From Actinomycetota bacterium (GTDB taxonomy: Bacteria; Actinomycetota; Actinomycetes; JACCUZ01), in the NCBI GenBank assembly GCA_030841035.1, contig JAVEDI010000038.1, positions 35,205 through 99,204 of the forward strand: a stretch of DNA of 64,000 bases, read 5' to 3'. Below the pieces are notes generated by a model. It was not told the DNA's origin, made no database searches, and was given only the letters and a program-made list of their open reading frames with translations. A program made the position numbers and the translations under genes. This document shows, piece by piece, positions 51,170-60,556 of the stretch; the stretch's first letter is position 1, and each line of letters starts with the position of its first letter.

Positions 51170-52270
51170 CTACTTGTCGGGGCGGATCAACCATGCGTTG
51201 CGCGCTGAGAATCGAAGGGCCACGATCTGCCCGACCTCCGGACGGTGTCGCAGGGCATCGCCGCTGAGCCGGACCGTGACGGTCCCGCCGGACTGGGTCG
51301 CGACGATGACGCGCTCCTCGGAGCCGAGATACACCACCTCGCGCACCGTGGCCTTCCAGTCGTCGACGGCGTCGGCGCTGTCCGAGATGAGCACGTCCTC
51401 GGGACGGAACATCAGGCAGTGCTGCCCCTCGGTGACGCCCTCCGGGGGCGTCCACCCGTCCAGGTGGACGGGCCCGTCCTTCGCCTCGAGCACCCAGCGG
51501 CCGTCCACCCGGCGCAGGGCACCGTCGAGCAGGTTGCTGTCGCCCAGGAACTCCGCGACGAACCGCGACTGCGGACGGCGGTAGAGCTCCGCCGGTGTGC
51601 CGATCTGCTGGATGCCGCCGCGGTCGAAGACGACGACCGTGTCCGAGAGTGCCATCGCCTCCTCCTGGTCATGGGTGACGAACAGGAAGGTGATGCCGAG
51701 CTCGCGGTGCACCCGCTTGATCTCCAGCTGCAGGCGCTGGCGCAGCTTCTTGTCCAACGCACCGAGCGGCTCGTCCATCAGCAGGATCGGCGGGTCGAAG
51801 ACCAGCGCGCGGGTCAGGGCGACCCGTTGCTGTTGGCCTCCGGACAGCTCGCGCGGGCGTCGTTTCTCGAACCCCGTGAGGTTCACCATCTCCAGCGCGG
51901 CCGCGACCTTGCTGCGGATGACGTCCTTGGGCACCTTGCGCTCCACAAGGGGGAACGCCACGTTGTCCCAGACCGTCATGTGCGGGAACAGCGCGTAGTT
52001 CTGGAAGACCATGCCCAGGTTCCGCTTGTGGGGCGGCAGATCCGCGATGTCGCGACCGTTGATCAGGATGCGGCCGGAGCTGGGCGTGATGAAACCGGCG
52101 ATCATGTTCAGAGTCGTCGTCTTGCCCGAGCCGCTGGGACCGAGGAAGGTGACGAACTCGCCCTTGCGCACCTTGAGATCGATCGCCTCGACCGCCGGTG
52201 TGTCGGTGCCGGCGTACTGCTTGCAGATCCTCTGCAGCTCCAGCACGTCATCGGGATCGTGATCCACCAT
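51170..52270 (-). CDS. ABC transporter ATP-binding subunit (PotA-like)
   Basis: GPSGSGKTT, FQNYALFPH, LSGGQQQR, MDEPLGALD, THDQEEA, TOBE-like tail. Confidence 0.93.
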   Translation of the reverse strand: MVDHDPDDVLELQRICKQYAGTDTPAVEAIDLKVRKGEFVTFLGPSGSGKTTTLNMIAGFITPSSGRILINGRDIADLPPHKRNLGMVFQNYALFPHMTVWDNVAFPLVERKVPKDVIRSKVAAALEMVNLTGFEKRRPRELSGGQQQRVALTRALVFDPPILLMDEPLGALDKKLRQRLQLEIKRVHRELGITFLFVTHDQEEAMALSDTVVVFDRGGIQQIGTPAELYRRPQSRFVAEFLGDSNLLDGALRRVDGRWVLEAKDGPVHLDGWTPPEGVTEGQHCLMFRPEDVLISDSADAVDDWKATVREVVYLGSEERVIVATQSGGTVTVRLSGDALRHRPEVGQIVALRFSARNAWLIRPDK

Positions 52271-53076
52271 TAGCGCTTCGACCTTCCCTCGGCCTTGGAC
52301 GAGAACAAGAACTTGGTGCTGACCAGGATCAGCACGGTGCTGACGATCAGGATCAGCGTGGACGCTGCGGCAATCGTCGGGTTGATGTCACGCGTGACGC
52401 TCGAGTACATCTCCACGGGCAGCGTGCGCAGCTGAGGGTTCGCGATGAACAACGAGACGACCACCTCGTCGAACGACGTCACGAAGGCGAACAGGCCGCC
52501 GGCGAGGACGCCCGGCGCGATGAGTGGCAGCGTGATGCGACGGAAGACCCGTACGGGGCTGGCTCCGAGCACCGTCGCCGCGCGTTCCAGCTGGCGGTCC
52601 ATGATTCGCAGCGAGCTGGACACCGTGATGATGACGTAGGGCACGGCCAGCACCGTGTGGGCGGCGACGAAGCCGGTCGGCGTGCCGACCAGGCCCCACT
52701 TGAGGAAGATGGCGTAGGTCCCGATGCCGAGTACCACGACCGGGACGATCAGTGGCGCGATGCCGATCATCTCGAGGATGTTCCGTCCCCGGAAGCGACC
52801 GCGCACGATGGCGAAGGACGCGAGCGTGCCGAGCACCACCGAGAGGAGCATCACCTGGATCGCGATGCTGATCGACGACCGGAGGGCGTCGAGCCACAAC
52901 GGGTTCTCGAAGAACTCGCGGTACCACCGCAGCGAGTAGCCGGTCGGCGGGAAGGCGAACGAACGCTGGTCGCTGAGGCTCATCGGGATGACGACGAGCG
53001 GTGGCGCCGCCATCCACACGGCGACGAGTGCCCCGATCAGGTAGAGCCACCGCGGGCGGCGTGTCTCAGTTTTCAC
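52270..53076 (-). CDS. ABC permease (PotC-like)
   Basis: LERAATVLGA EAA loop, SFDEVVVSLF, TLP. Confidence 0.9.
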   Translation of the reverse strand: MKTETRRPRWLYLIGALVAVWMAAPPLVVIPMSLSDQRSFAFPPTGYSLRWYREFFENPLWLDALRSSISIAIQVMLLSVVLGTLASFAIVRGRFRGRNILEMIGIAPLIVPVVVLGIGTYAIFLKWGLVGTPTGFVAAHTVLAVPYVIITVSSSLRIMDRQLERAATVLGASPVRVFRRITLPLIAPGVLAGGLFAFVTSFDEVVVSLFIANPQLRTLPVEMYSSVTRDINPTIAAASTLILIVSTVLILVSTKFLFSSKAEGRSKR

Positions 53077-53980
53077 CGGACTCCACTCCTCCGAAGGCCC
53101 GCTGGACCTTCACGAACCGGCTGGCGACCACGATGCAGCCCAGCGTCAAGAGGGCGAGGACCACGGCCATCGCCCCACCGCTGGCCCAGTCGAGCCGCTC
53201 CGACACCTGGCGCACGATGAGCTGGGACATCATCGAGTTCTGCGGGGAGCCCAGGATGACGGGGGTGATGTAGAAGCCGAGGGCAAGGATGAACACCAGC
53301 ACGCTGCCGGCGAAGAGACCGGGGAGACTCTGGGGGAAGTAGGCACGCCAGAAGGCGCGGCGAGGGGTCGCACCCAGCGACTGAGCCGCCAACAGGTCGG
53401 ACCGGTCGATCTTCTGCAGGTTGTTGTAGAGCGGCAGCACCATGAACGGCAGCAGGATCTGGGTCATGGCGATGAGTACGCCGTTGGTGGTGCGGATGAG
53501 CTCCAAGCCGCCGAGACCGATCGCGTTGAGCGCCGACTTCAGCGGACCGGTGTCCTGCAGCAGCACGAGCCACGCGTAGGTACGCACCATGAGGCTGGTC
53601 CAGAAGGGCAGCAGCACGAGCACGAGCAGGATGCGTCGTACCCGAGGTGTCGAGAGCGTCATCAGGTAGGCGTAGGGATAGGCGAACAGCGCGCAGATCA
53701 CCGTGCACAGGGCCGCGACGACGAAGGTCCGGAGCAGGATCTTGCGATATGCCGGCGTCTCGAGGAAGCTCACGTAGCTGTCCAGGCTCAGCGAGCCGCT
53801 GCTGTCGAAGAACGACCGCCGGACGAGCTCGAGACCGGGGATCGCGAAGAAGACCACGAGAAGCACGAGCAGGGGCACCGCGAGATGCAGCCCCTTGGGC
53901 CGCCAGCGCACCAGCGTGCGACGCGACACCACGGCGTTGCGGTCGCTCGGGTGCTCGTCGGTCTCGATCATCGGCCTCAT
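53066..53980 (-). CDS. ABC permease (PotB-like)
   Basis: LLPFWTSLMVRTYAW, LPFMVLPLY, AAQSLGA, GFYITPVILG. Confidence 0.9.
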   Translation of the reverse strand: MRPMIETDEHPSDRNAVVSRRTLVRWRPKGLHLAVPLLVLLVVFFAIPGLELVRRSFFDSSGSLSLDSYVSFLETPAYRKILLRTFVVAALCTVICALFAYPYAYLMTLSTPRVRRILLVLVLLPFWTSLMVRTYAWLVLLQDTGPLKSALNAIGLGGLELIRTTNGVLIAMTQILLPFMVLPLYNNLQKIDRSDLLAAQSLGATPRRAFWRAYFPQSLPGLFAGSVLVFILALGFYITPVILGSPQNSMMSQLIVRQVSERLDWASGGAMAVVLALLTLGCIVVASRFVKVQRAFGGVESGEN

Positions 53981-54609
53981 GAGTCGGCGCTCCCGAGGAG
54001 CGGTTCGAGGCCGCGGGCCCCGTTGACGCTGAAGATGTGCCGCGTGTCGACGTACTTCGTGGCCACAAGCCGGCCGAGCGGCCGGTATGCCTGGTAGTCC
54101 ACGTGCATCCGGGCGTTCATGATGGCGTCGCTGATGACCGCGTGGGTGACCCGACCGACGACCCACCACTCGCTCGCACCCATGGGCATGATCTGGACGA
54201 GCCGGCACTCCAGCGACGCGGGCGCCGCGGCGACCCTCGGCACCCGCACCGACGTGCTGTCGGCGAGCTCGACTCCCAGGAGCTGCGCCTCGCTGTGCCC
54301 CGGCGGGAACTCGGCGCTGGATCGGTCCACCGTCTCGGCGAAGTCGACGGTGCAGAGGTTCACGACGAACTCGCCGGTGGCCTCGATCGCCGCCAGCGTG
54401 TCCTTGCGGCGGCCGTCCTCGTGGTTGCTGATCCCGAGACCGATGTGGCATTCGACCGTGGCCATGACCTGGAAGAAGCTGTACGGCGCAAGGTTCACCG
54501 AGCCCGCCGCATCGACCGACGTGACCCAGGCGATGGGGCGGGGGACCACCAGGCCGGCCATGACCTTGTAGCGCTCGCGCTCGGTCAGCCTCGCCAGCTC
54601 AACATTCAC
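53977..54609 (-). CDS. flavoredoxin-like flavin reductase family protein
   Basis: VVPRPIAWVTS, NLAPYSFF, KDT, FVVNL, LECRL; AAGGA RBS. Confidence 0.88.
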   Translation of the reverse strand: MNVELARLTERERYKVMAGLVVPRPIAWVTSVDAAGSVNLAPYSFFQVMATVECHIGLGISNHEDGRRKDTLAAIEATGEFVVNLCTVDFAETVDRSSAEFPPGHSEAQLLGVELADSTSVRVPRVAAAPASLECRLVQIMPMGASEWWVVGRVTHAVISDAIMNARMHVDYQAYRPLGRLVATKYVDTRHIFSVNGARGLEPLLGSADS

Positions 54610-54656
54610 GCGATCGTCCTTTCGCCGGAGGGCGAGTCGGCTGCCGTCGTACGGGA

Positions 54657-54698
54657 GGTGCGGTCGGATGGCGAGGATGGTCACCATCCGACCGCACC
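54657..54698 (-). terminator. perfect 15-bp stem-loop downstream of the substrate-binding protein gene (mRNA stabiliser or partial terminator)
   Basis: ggtgcggtcggatgg 54657-54671 / ccatccgaccgcacc 54684-54698. Confidence 0.65.
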
Positions 54699-54743
54699 GT
54701 GCCGTGGTCGACAGGGTTGTCATGCGTCCTGTCGGTCAGGCGA

Positions 54744-55826
54744 TCAGCCGGCGGCCCACTTGGTCCAGTCAGCGCTGACCGCGTCGAAGTTCTTCGCCCA
54801 CCACTCCTGGTCGAGGAACCGGCCCTGCGACAGGTTTTCCGGCAGCGTCGGCAGGAACTTCTCCGCGGTGCTGTCCAGGTTGGGCTTCGCGTCGCTGTTC
54901 ACCGCGCCATAGGTGTACTTCTCGATGAAGGCGTTCTGCGACGCGGCGGTCGTGGCCTGGCGGATGAGCTTGATGCCCTCCTCGATGTTCTTCGAGCCCT
55001 TGGGGATGGCCAGCGAGTCCACCAGCATCAGGTGGTCCTTCCAGACCGGCTCGTAGGGAGCCCCGGCCCGGACCGCGTCGAGCGCACGACCGCTCCACGC
55101 GATGCTCATCGCGACCTCCTTGCTCTGCATCTGCTGCACCTGCTGGGCGCCGGTGTCGAAGAACGCGATGTCCTTGCGGATCGTGCCGAGCTTCTTCAGC
55201 GCGGCGGGCACGTCCAGCGGGTAGACGTCATCGAGAGCCACGCCGTTGGCCAGCTGCGCCACCTCGAGCGCACCACCCGGTGCGTAGTTCCAGACGCCGC
55301 GCTTGCCGGGGTACTTCTTGGTGTCGAAGAAGTCGTCCCATGACGTCGGAGGGTTGTCCTTGAACTTCGAGCTGTCGTAGACCAGGACGTAGGACAGGAT
55401 GTCGAACGGGATCCCGCAGTCCGACACGGCCTCCGGCGGCAGCTTCGAGGTGTCGACCTTGTCCTTGATCTTCTCCAGCAGCGTGCCGCAGTTCGCGATC
55501 GCCCAGAACGGCTCGAGCGTGACGACGTCCCAGGCGGTGTTCCCGGACTCGACCTGGGCGCGCAGCTTCGCATAGTCCGTCGGCCCGTCGCTGAGGATCT
55601 TGACGTTGTTCTCCTGGCCCCAAGGCTTGACGATCGTCGCTTCCTGGGCCTCTTGGTAGCCGCCGCCCCACGAGGCGAACGTCAGCTCCTTGCTTGCTGT
55701 GCTGCCCGTGCTGCTGCCGCTGCCCTCGTCCTTCGAGCCGGAACCGGTCCCGGCTCCGCAGCCGGCGATCGCCAGCGCTGCCGCCGTCGCCGCCCCGACC
55801 AGCACAAGACTTCGTGCTCTACGCAT
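54744..55826 (-). CDS. ABC substrate-binding lipoprotein (PotD/SBP_bac_8-like)
   Basis: lipobox IAGC, FASWGGGYQ, WDVV, PTSWDDFFD..KYPGKR, WSGR; GGAGGA RBS. Confidence 0.9.
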   Translation of the reverse strand: MRRARSLVLVGAATAAALAIAGCGAGTGSGSKDEGSGSSTGSTASKELTFASWGGGYQEAQEATIVKPWGQENNVKILSDGPTDYAKLRAQVESGNTAWDVVTLEPFWAIANCGTLLEKIKDKVDTSKLPPEAVSDCGIPFDILSYVLVYDSSKFKDNPPTSWDDFFDTKKYPGKRGVWNYAPGGALEVAQLANGVALDDVYPLDVPAALKKLGTIRKDIAFFDTGAQQVQQMQSKEVAMSIAWSGRALDAVRAGAPYEPVWKDHLMLVDSLAIPKGSKNIEEGIKLIRQATTAASQNAFIEKYTYGAVNSDAKPNLDSTAEKFLPTLPENLSQGRFLDQEWWAKNFDAVSADWTKWAAG

Positions 55827-55933
55827 GTGTTTCCTCCAGGTACGTGGTTACTGCAGTGGGGTGGTTCATCGCTGGGCAGCCACGCGGCCGCCCAGCACGC
55901 TCGTGCGGCCCGGGCGAGCAGCGGCCGCCGATC

Positions 55934-56929
55934 TCACACTCCGGCCCCCTGGGCAATGCTGAACCGGAACTCGCACGTCGCATCGCCGCGCGACTGCAGC
56001 TCGCCCCACCGGACCTCGATGTCCTGGCGGTAGGCCTTGAACTGCGAGGTGTGGAACTCGTGGTCGTAGATGCGCCCGTAGCGCAGACCGTCGAGGTCGT
56101 GCCACGACGCGACGAACGGGCAGAACGTGCAGTCCTGGGACCACTCTTGATCGGTCAGGACCCCGTCGTCGCGGTACTGCCAGACGTTGGTGTTGCCGCC
56201 CGAGTCGTAGAGCTCGATCATGTTGACGAGGTCGAGCGACAGACCGCTGCTGAGATGGCTCAGCCGCATCGCTTCCCCACGCTCCGCGCCGAAGCCGCGC
56301 ATGGCCACGCGGTACATCTCCTCGCCGTCGGAGCCGAACGCGGTCTCGGCTTCGCGGCCCAGGAAGACCATCAGCGCACCACGGTTCTCGCTCGTGGCAG
56401 CCAGCAGCCGTTGCCCTGCCTCTCCCTCGAGGGGGACGCCAGGGCGCGCGGCGTCCTGCGAGTCGCCCGGCGACCCGATCGAGACGCGGAGCGTCGTACC
56501 CTCCACGTCCACGGTGACCGCGTCGCCGAAGCCGGCTGCCGTGGCAAGCTCACGGGCCAGGGCGCCGAAGTGCACGCGGGCGAACGGCAGGACGTCGTGG
56601 CCCACGTAGTGGCTCAGCTGCGGGCTGGTCGTCACGCGCATCTGCAGGCCGGACTCGGTGACCGCGAGCTCACCCCACCCCTGTGGGTTCAGCGCGAGCA
56701 GCTCCGCAGTGCCCCAGGACTCGACCATCGACACGAGTCCGCCGGTGCTGCGGGCGAGAGCGGCGGACGCGCGCCAGGCGTAGTAGCGGGACAGGGCCCG
56801 CTCTACGGCGGCCAGGCCGGCCGCGCCGCGGGCCTGCGTGTACGCGAGGCCGGCGTGGCGCACGATGCGGGCTTCGTGCCCCATCGTGGTCACCAGGGAG
56901 GAGAACAGGTCGCTCTCGCCGTGGGTCAT
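55934..56929 (-). CDS. L-2-aminothiazoline-4-carboxylate (ATC) hydrolase-like protein, apparent tandem domains
   Basis: C-half FG..GE...R.AM..FG.ERG, FCPFVASW, G..Y, SRGDATCEFRF; N-half repeats the pattern in degenerate form; AGGAGG RBS before ATG 56929. Confidence 0.65.
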   Translation of the reverse strand: MTHGESDLFSSLVTTMGHEARIVRHAGLAYTQARGAAGLAAVERALSRYYAWRASAALARSTGGLVSMVESWGTAELLALNPQGWGELAVTESGLQMRVTTSPQLSHYVGHDVLPFARVHFGALARELATAAGFGDAVTVDVEGTTLRVSIGSPGDSQDAARPGVPLEGEAGQRLLAATSENRGALMVFLGREAETAFGSDGEEMYRVAMRGFGAERGEAMRLSHLSSGLSLDLVNMIELYDSGGNTNVWQYRDDGVLTDQEWSQDCTFCPFVASWHDLDGLRYGRIYDHEFHTSQFKAYRQDIEVRWGELQSRGDATCEFRFSIAQGAGV

Positions 56930-57149
56930 ACACGTCCCTCCTGGTCGGTCACGCCGTCTCCCCGACCGCGCCACGGTGGCGGCGAAGGGGCGCGCCGCCG
57001 GGCGCGGGCAGGGAACGTGACATCGGTCGAGCGGAACGAACCGGCCCGCGATCGGGCTCCGGTCGGTACCGTGCTGTCGTAGCGCCCACCCCGCCTGCGG
57101 GATAGAGCGCCACTCAAGTAAGTTCAGTGCGACTAAAACCGGTGTCAGC

Positions 57150-57179
57150 AAGTTAGGCCAGCGACTGCGCGCGTGTCAA
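57150..57179 (-). promoter_or_regulatory. consensus-like promoter TTGACA-N18-TAACTT for the ATC-hydrolase/ABC operon
   Basis: tgtcaa 57174-57179 and aagtta 57150-57155 on the + strand. Confidence 0.6.
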
Positions 57180-57211
57180 CGGACGTCCTGTAAACATCGA
57201 TCGCACGTTAC

Positions 57212-57232
57212 CGGCGATGTGTAACATCGCCG
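57212..57232. promoter_or_regulatory. perfect 9-bp inverted repeat right after the pucR-like stop (operator or terminator)
   Basis: cggcgatgt-gta-acatcgccg. Confidence 0.5.
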
Positions 57233-58798
57233 TCACAACGTCCCGGTCACCTGCGGGCCGGCGGCCATCCGCAGCGCGAGGTAGAGGTCGACGCGGTCCG
57301 CGGCCGACGCCAGGCTGCGCCCGGTCAGCCGCTCGATGGTGCGCAGCCGGTAGCGCAGGCTGTTCACGTGGATGGACAGCGCTACGGCGGCCGGCTTGTG
57401 CCGCCCGTTCGCCTCGAGAAAGACGTCGAGCGTGCGCACCAGGTGGGAGCCACGGCGCTGGTCGTAGGCGCGGACCCGGCCCAGCAGCAGGTCCTGGAAC
57501 GTCGCGGTGAGCGAGTCGTCCACGGCGAACAGGACGTGGTGCGACCCGAGGTCCTCGTAGTGGGCGACGCCCCGGCCGTGCTGGCGCCGGCGCGCGTAGC
57601 TGGCAGCCCGACGGGCACGCGTGACGGTGAGCTTGAGGTCGCTGTCCGCCGTCACGGCGCCCGCCCAGACGGGGCGGCGCAGCTGCTGCTCGGTGACCAC
57701 CTGCAGCTGCTCGGGCAGCCGGCGGTCCGGCTCGCGACCCGGGGCCGGCCCCTCGACACCCGGCCAGGAGAACACCACGGCCTCCTCCGTGCCCGGCACC
57801 ACGAGCCCGTGCCGACCGTGGGCGCCGAGCACCTGCAGGACGACGTCCACGAGTGCGTCGACCGCGCCCGAGGGAGCCGCCTCGTAGCCGAGCACCACCG
57901 TCTGCAGCGGTGCCTGCGGGCGCGTGGGCACGCGTCCCAGGCGCGCGTCCACCTCGTCAGCGGGCAGCAGGTCCGCCTCGACCAGCTCGAGGAACTCGCG
58001 CGCCCGCTGGCCGGTCTCGGCGGCCAGACGACGGTGGCGCGACAGCTCCACCCCGACGTAGCGGATGCTCTGCTCGAGCGTCGCGCGCTCGGCACGGGAC
58101 AAGGACCCGACAGGCTCGAGGTAGACGAGGAACGACGGCGCGGGCTCCTGCGCCGTGGCGAACACCGTCACCGCGGCCCCCTCGGCTCGCCTGACCTGTG
58201 CGGGATAGGCCGCCGCCCGGGCAGCCTGCTCCCAGACCGAGGCCAGCTCGGCGTGCCGCGGCTGCTCGCCGCTCGACCACGCCCGGGTGGGACCGGTGAG
58301 CACCCACAGGTCCCGGGTGAGCATCGAGCGCAGGGCCCGGACCACCTCGGACATCCCGCCGCTGCCCGTCGCCGCCGAGGACAAGGCCTCGTGGGTCGCG
58401 AGCGACCGACGCATGTCTGCCTGCCTCGCCTGCTCGACACCGTCGACGAACGCGCGGGCCACAGCGATGAACGGCAGCTCGTGCGGCACCTCGACGAGGG
58501 GCAGCCCGGTGGCGCGACAGGCGGCCACCACGTCGGCCGGTACCTCCGCGTCCGGTGCCGCAAGGCCGAAACCGAGTGCGTGGACGTCGGCCCCGGCAAG
58601 AGCGCTGACGAACCGCTCGGCGCTGTCCGGACCCTCGTGCCACAGCCCACCGGTCAGGATGAGCTCGCCGCCGCTGAGGTAGGCCGAGGGGTCGGGCAGA
58701 TCGGTCGAGTGCACCCACCGGATCTCGCGGTCGAGCTCTTCTCCGACCACGAATCGCAGGCCGAGGCCCGGCATGGCCACGAGCTCGCGGAGGTGCAC
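57233..58798 (-). CDS. PucR/CdaR-family transcriptional regulator
   Basis: N-terminal IRWVHSTDLPDP..YLSGGELILT; C-terminal HTH LSIHVNSLRYRLRTIERLTG. Confidence 0.93.
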   Translation of the reverse strand: MHLRELVAMPGLGLRFVVGEELDREIRWVHSTDLPDPSAYLSGGELILTGGLWHEGPDSAERFVSALAGADVHALGFGLAAPDAEVPADVVAACRATGLPLVEVPHELPFIAVARAFVDGVEQARQADMRRSLATHEALSSAATGSGGMSEVVRALRSMLTRDLWVLTGPTRAWSSGEQPRHAELASVWEQAARAAAYPAQVRRAEGAAVTVFATAQEPAPSFLVYLEPVGSLSRAERATLEQSIRYVGVELSRHRRLAAETGQRAREFLELVEADLLPADEVDARLGRVPTRPQAPLQTVVLGYEAAPSGAVDALVDVVLQVLGAHGRHGLVVPGTEEAVVFSWPGVEGPAPGREPDRRLPEQLQVVTEQQLRRPVWAGAVTADSDLKLTVTRARRAASYARRRQHGRGVAHYEDLGSHHVLFAVDDSLTATFQDLLLGRVRAYDQRRGSHLVRTLDVFLEANGRHKPAAVALSIHVNSLRYRLRTIERLTGRSLASAADRVDLYLALRMAAGPQVTGTL

Positions 58799-58859
58799 CG
58801 CGGGACTGTATCAACGTACGAGGACCCGCACCGGATTCTGAGGAAGCGACGATTGTCGG

Positions 58860-58879
58860 CTACGCGGGGACCCGCGTAG
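58860..58879. promoter_or_regulatory. perfect 9-bp inverted repeat in the divergent pucR/amidohydrolase promoter region
   Basis: ctacgcggg-ga-cccgcgtag. Confidence 0.45.
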
Positions 58880-58889
58880 ACACACCCGT

Positions 58890-60527
58890 GTGGACCTGTC
58901 GTCGCCGGAACCGGAGGGCATCCGCATCCTGCGGGCCCGCCGCATCCGCACGATGCGCCCGGGTCCGGCATCGACAGGAGAAGCGCTGGCCGTGGCCGGT
59001 GACCGCGTCGTGGCCACCGGGTGGCTGGCCGACCTGCGCGACCGCTTCGGTGGATCGCAGGAGATCGACCTGGGTGACGGGTGCGTGGTGCCCGGCTTCG
59101 TCGATGCGCACCTGCACCTGACCATGGCGGCCCGGCACGCGGCAGGCGTGGACCTCTCACCCGACGTGGTGGCCGACGAGTCCGCCCTCGCCGGGGTGCT
59201 GCGGTCGGCGGCAGCTGCGGCGGCGACCGGCAGCTGGGTGACCGCCAGCCGCTACGACCACATGCGTACGACGGCAGGACGGATCCTCGACCGGGCCGCG
59301 CTGGACCGCATCGTCGCAGACCATCCCGTGCTGCTGGTGCACATCGGAGCGCACTGGGGGGTCGCGAACAGCAAGGCTCTCGAGCTCGCAGGCCTGTCCG
59401 ACGACACGCCGGACCCGCGTGGCGGCGCGCTCGGACGTGACAGCGCCGGCCGGCCCAACGGCGTGCTCTACGAGCAGGCACTCTTCGACCTCGCCTACCC
59501 GGCGCTGGCGCGGCGCGGCCGGATCGTCCCGGAGCCCGACCTCAGCCGCCTGCTCGTCGGGCTCGACACCGCGTCCGACGCCTTCCTCTCCGCAGGCATC
59601 ACCTCCGTCGGCGACGCGATGGTCGGCCGCGACGAGCTGCGGCTGCTGCAGCAGGCGCGGTCGCGCGGGCGGCTACGGCTGCGCGTGAACGCCCTGTTGA
59701 CCTACCCGCACCTGGAGCACCTGGTCGCGGCCGGCATCACCGACGGGTTCGGGGACGACTGGCTGCGGATCGGCGGCGTCAAGGCCTTCGTGGACGGCGC
59801 CGTCGCCGGCCGGACGTGCTGGGTGTCGGAGCCGTTCGAGGGGACCGACGACCACGGCATGACTGTCGTGGACTCAGACGAGCTGAACGAGCTGGTCGCC
59901 ACGGTGCACGCCGCGGGGCTGCGGGTCGCCGTCCACGCCAACGGCGACAAGGCGATCGAGCTGCTTCTCGACGCGGTGCAGGCCGCGCGGGACGCGTACC
60001 CGCAGATCGGCACCCGGCATCGCATCGAGCACTGCTCGATGGTCACCGACCGCATCGTGGCGCGCATCGCCGCTCTGCAGATGATCCCGGTGCCGTTCGC
60101 CGGCTACGTGCACTTCCACGGCGACACGCTCGAGGGCTGGTACGGCGCGCAGCGGCTGGAGCGCATGTTCGCGCACGGCGAGCTGCTCGCGGCCGGCATC
60201 CCGGTCGCCGGCTCCTCCGACTATCCGTGCGGGCCCTACGAGCCCTTGCTCGGGGTGCAGAGCTGTGTGACGCGGCGTTCGCGCTCCGGCCGGCTGCTCG
60301 GGCCGTCACAGCGCATCGACGTGGGGCAGGCGATGAGCCTGTTCGGCACCGGCGCCGCGTTCGCCGCGGGGGAGGAGTCGGTGAAGGGCCGACTCGCGCC
60401 GGGCTTTCTCGCCGATCTCGCCGTGCTCGACCGGGACCCCTTCGACGTGGCGCCGGACGAGATCGCCGCGATCGCAGTTCGCCAGACGTGGGTGGGCGGC
60501 CAGCCGGCCTGGAGGGCGGACGGGTGA
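58890..60527 (+). CDS. amidohydrolase_3 (YtcJ/NfdA-like) metallo-amidohydrolase
   Basis: PGFVDAHLH, KAFVDGAV, HANGD, RIEHC, SSDYP, GFLADLAVLD. Confidence 0.9.
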   Translation: MDLSSPEPEGIRILRARRIRTMRPGPASTGEALAVAGDRVVATGWLADLRDRFGGSQEIDLGDGCVVPGFVDAHLHLTMAARHAAGVDLSPDVVADESALAGVLRSAAAAAATGSWVTASRYDHMRTTAGRILDRAALDRIVADHPVLLVHIGAHWGVANSKALELAGLSDDTPDPRGGALGRDSAGRPNGVLYEQALFDLAYPALARRGRIVPEPDLSRLLVGLDTASDAFLSAGITSVGDAMVGRDELRLLQQARSRGRLRLRVNALLTYPHLEHLVAAGITDGFGDDWLRIGGVKAFVDGAVAGRTCWVSEPFEGTDDHGMTVVDSDELNELVATVHAAGLRVAVHANGDKAIELLLDAVQAARDAYPQIGTRHRIEHCSMVTDRIVARIAALQMIPVPFAGYVHFHGDTLEGWYGAQRLERMFAHGELLAAGIPVAGSSDYPCGPYEPLLGVQSCVTRRSRSGRLLGPSQRIDVGQAMSLFGTGAAFAAGEESVKGRLAPGFLADLAVLDRDPFDVAPDEIAAIAVRQTWVGGQPAWRADG

Positions 60528-60556
60528 CGGCGTCGACCGATGACAGAGGAGCACGA

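Noticed and set aside
51170-55826. Assigning potABCD symbols and spermidine/putrescine specificity
   Set aside because: The family is clear, but the SBP is divergent and the context suggests another ligand
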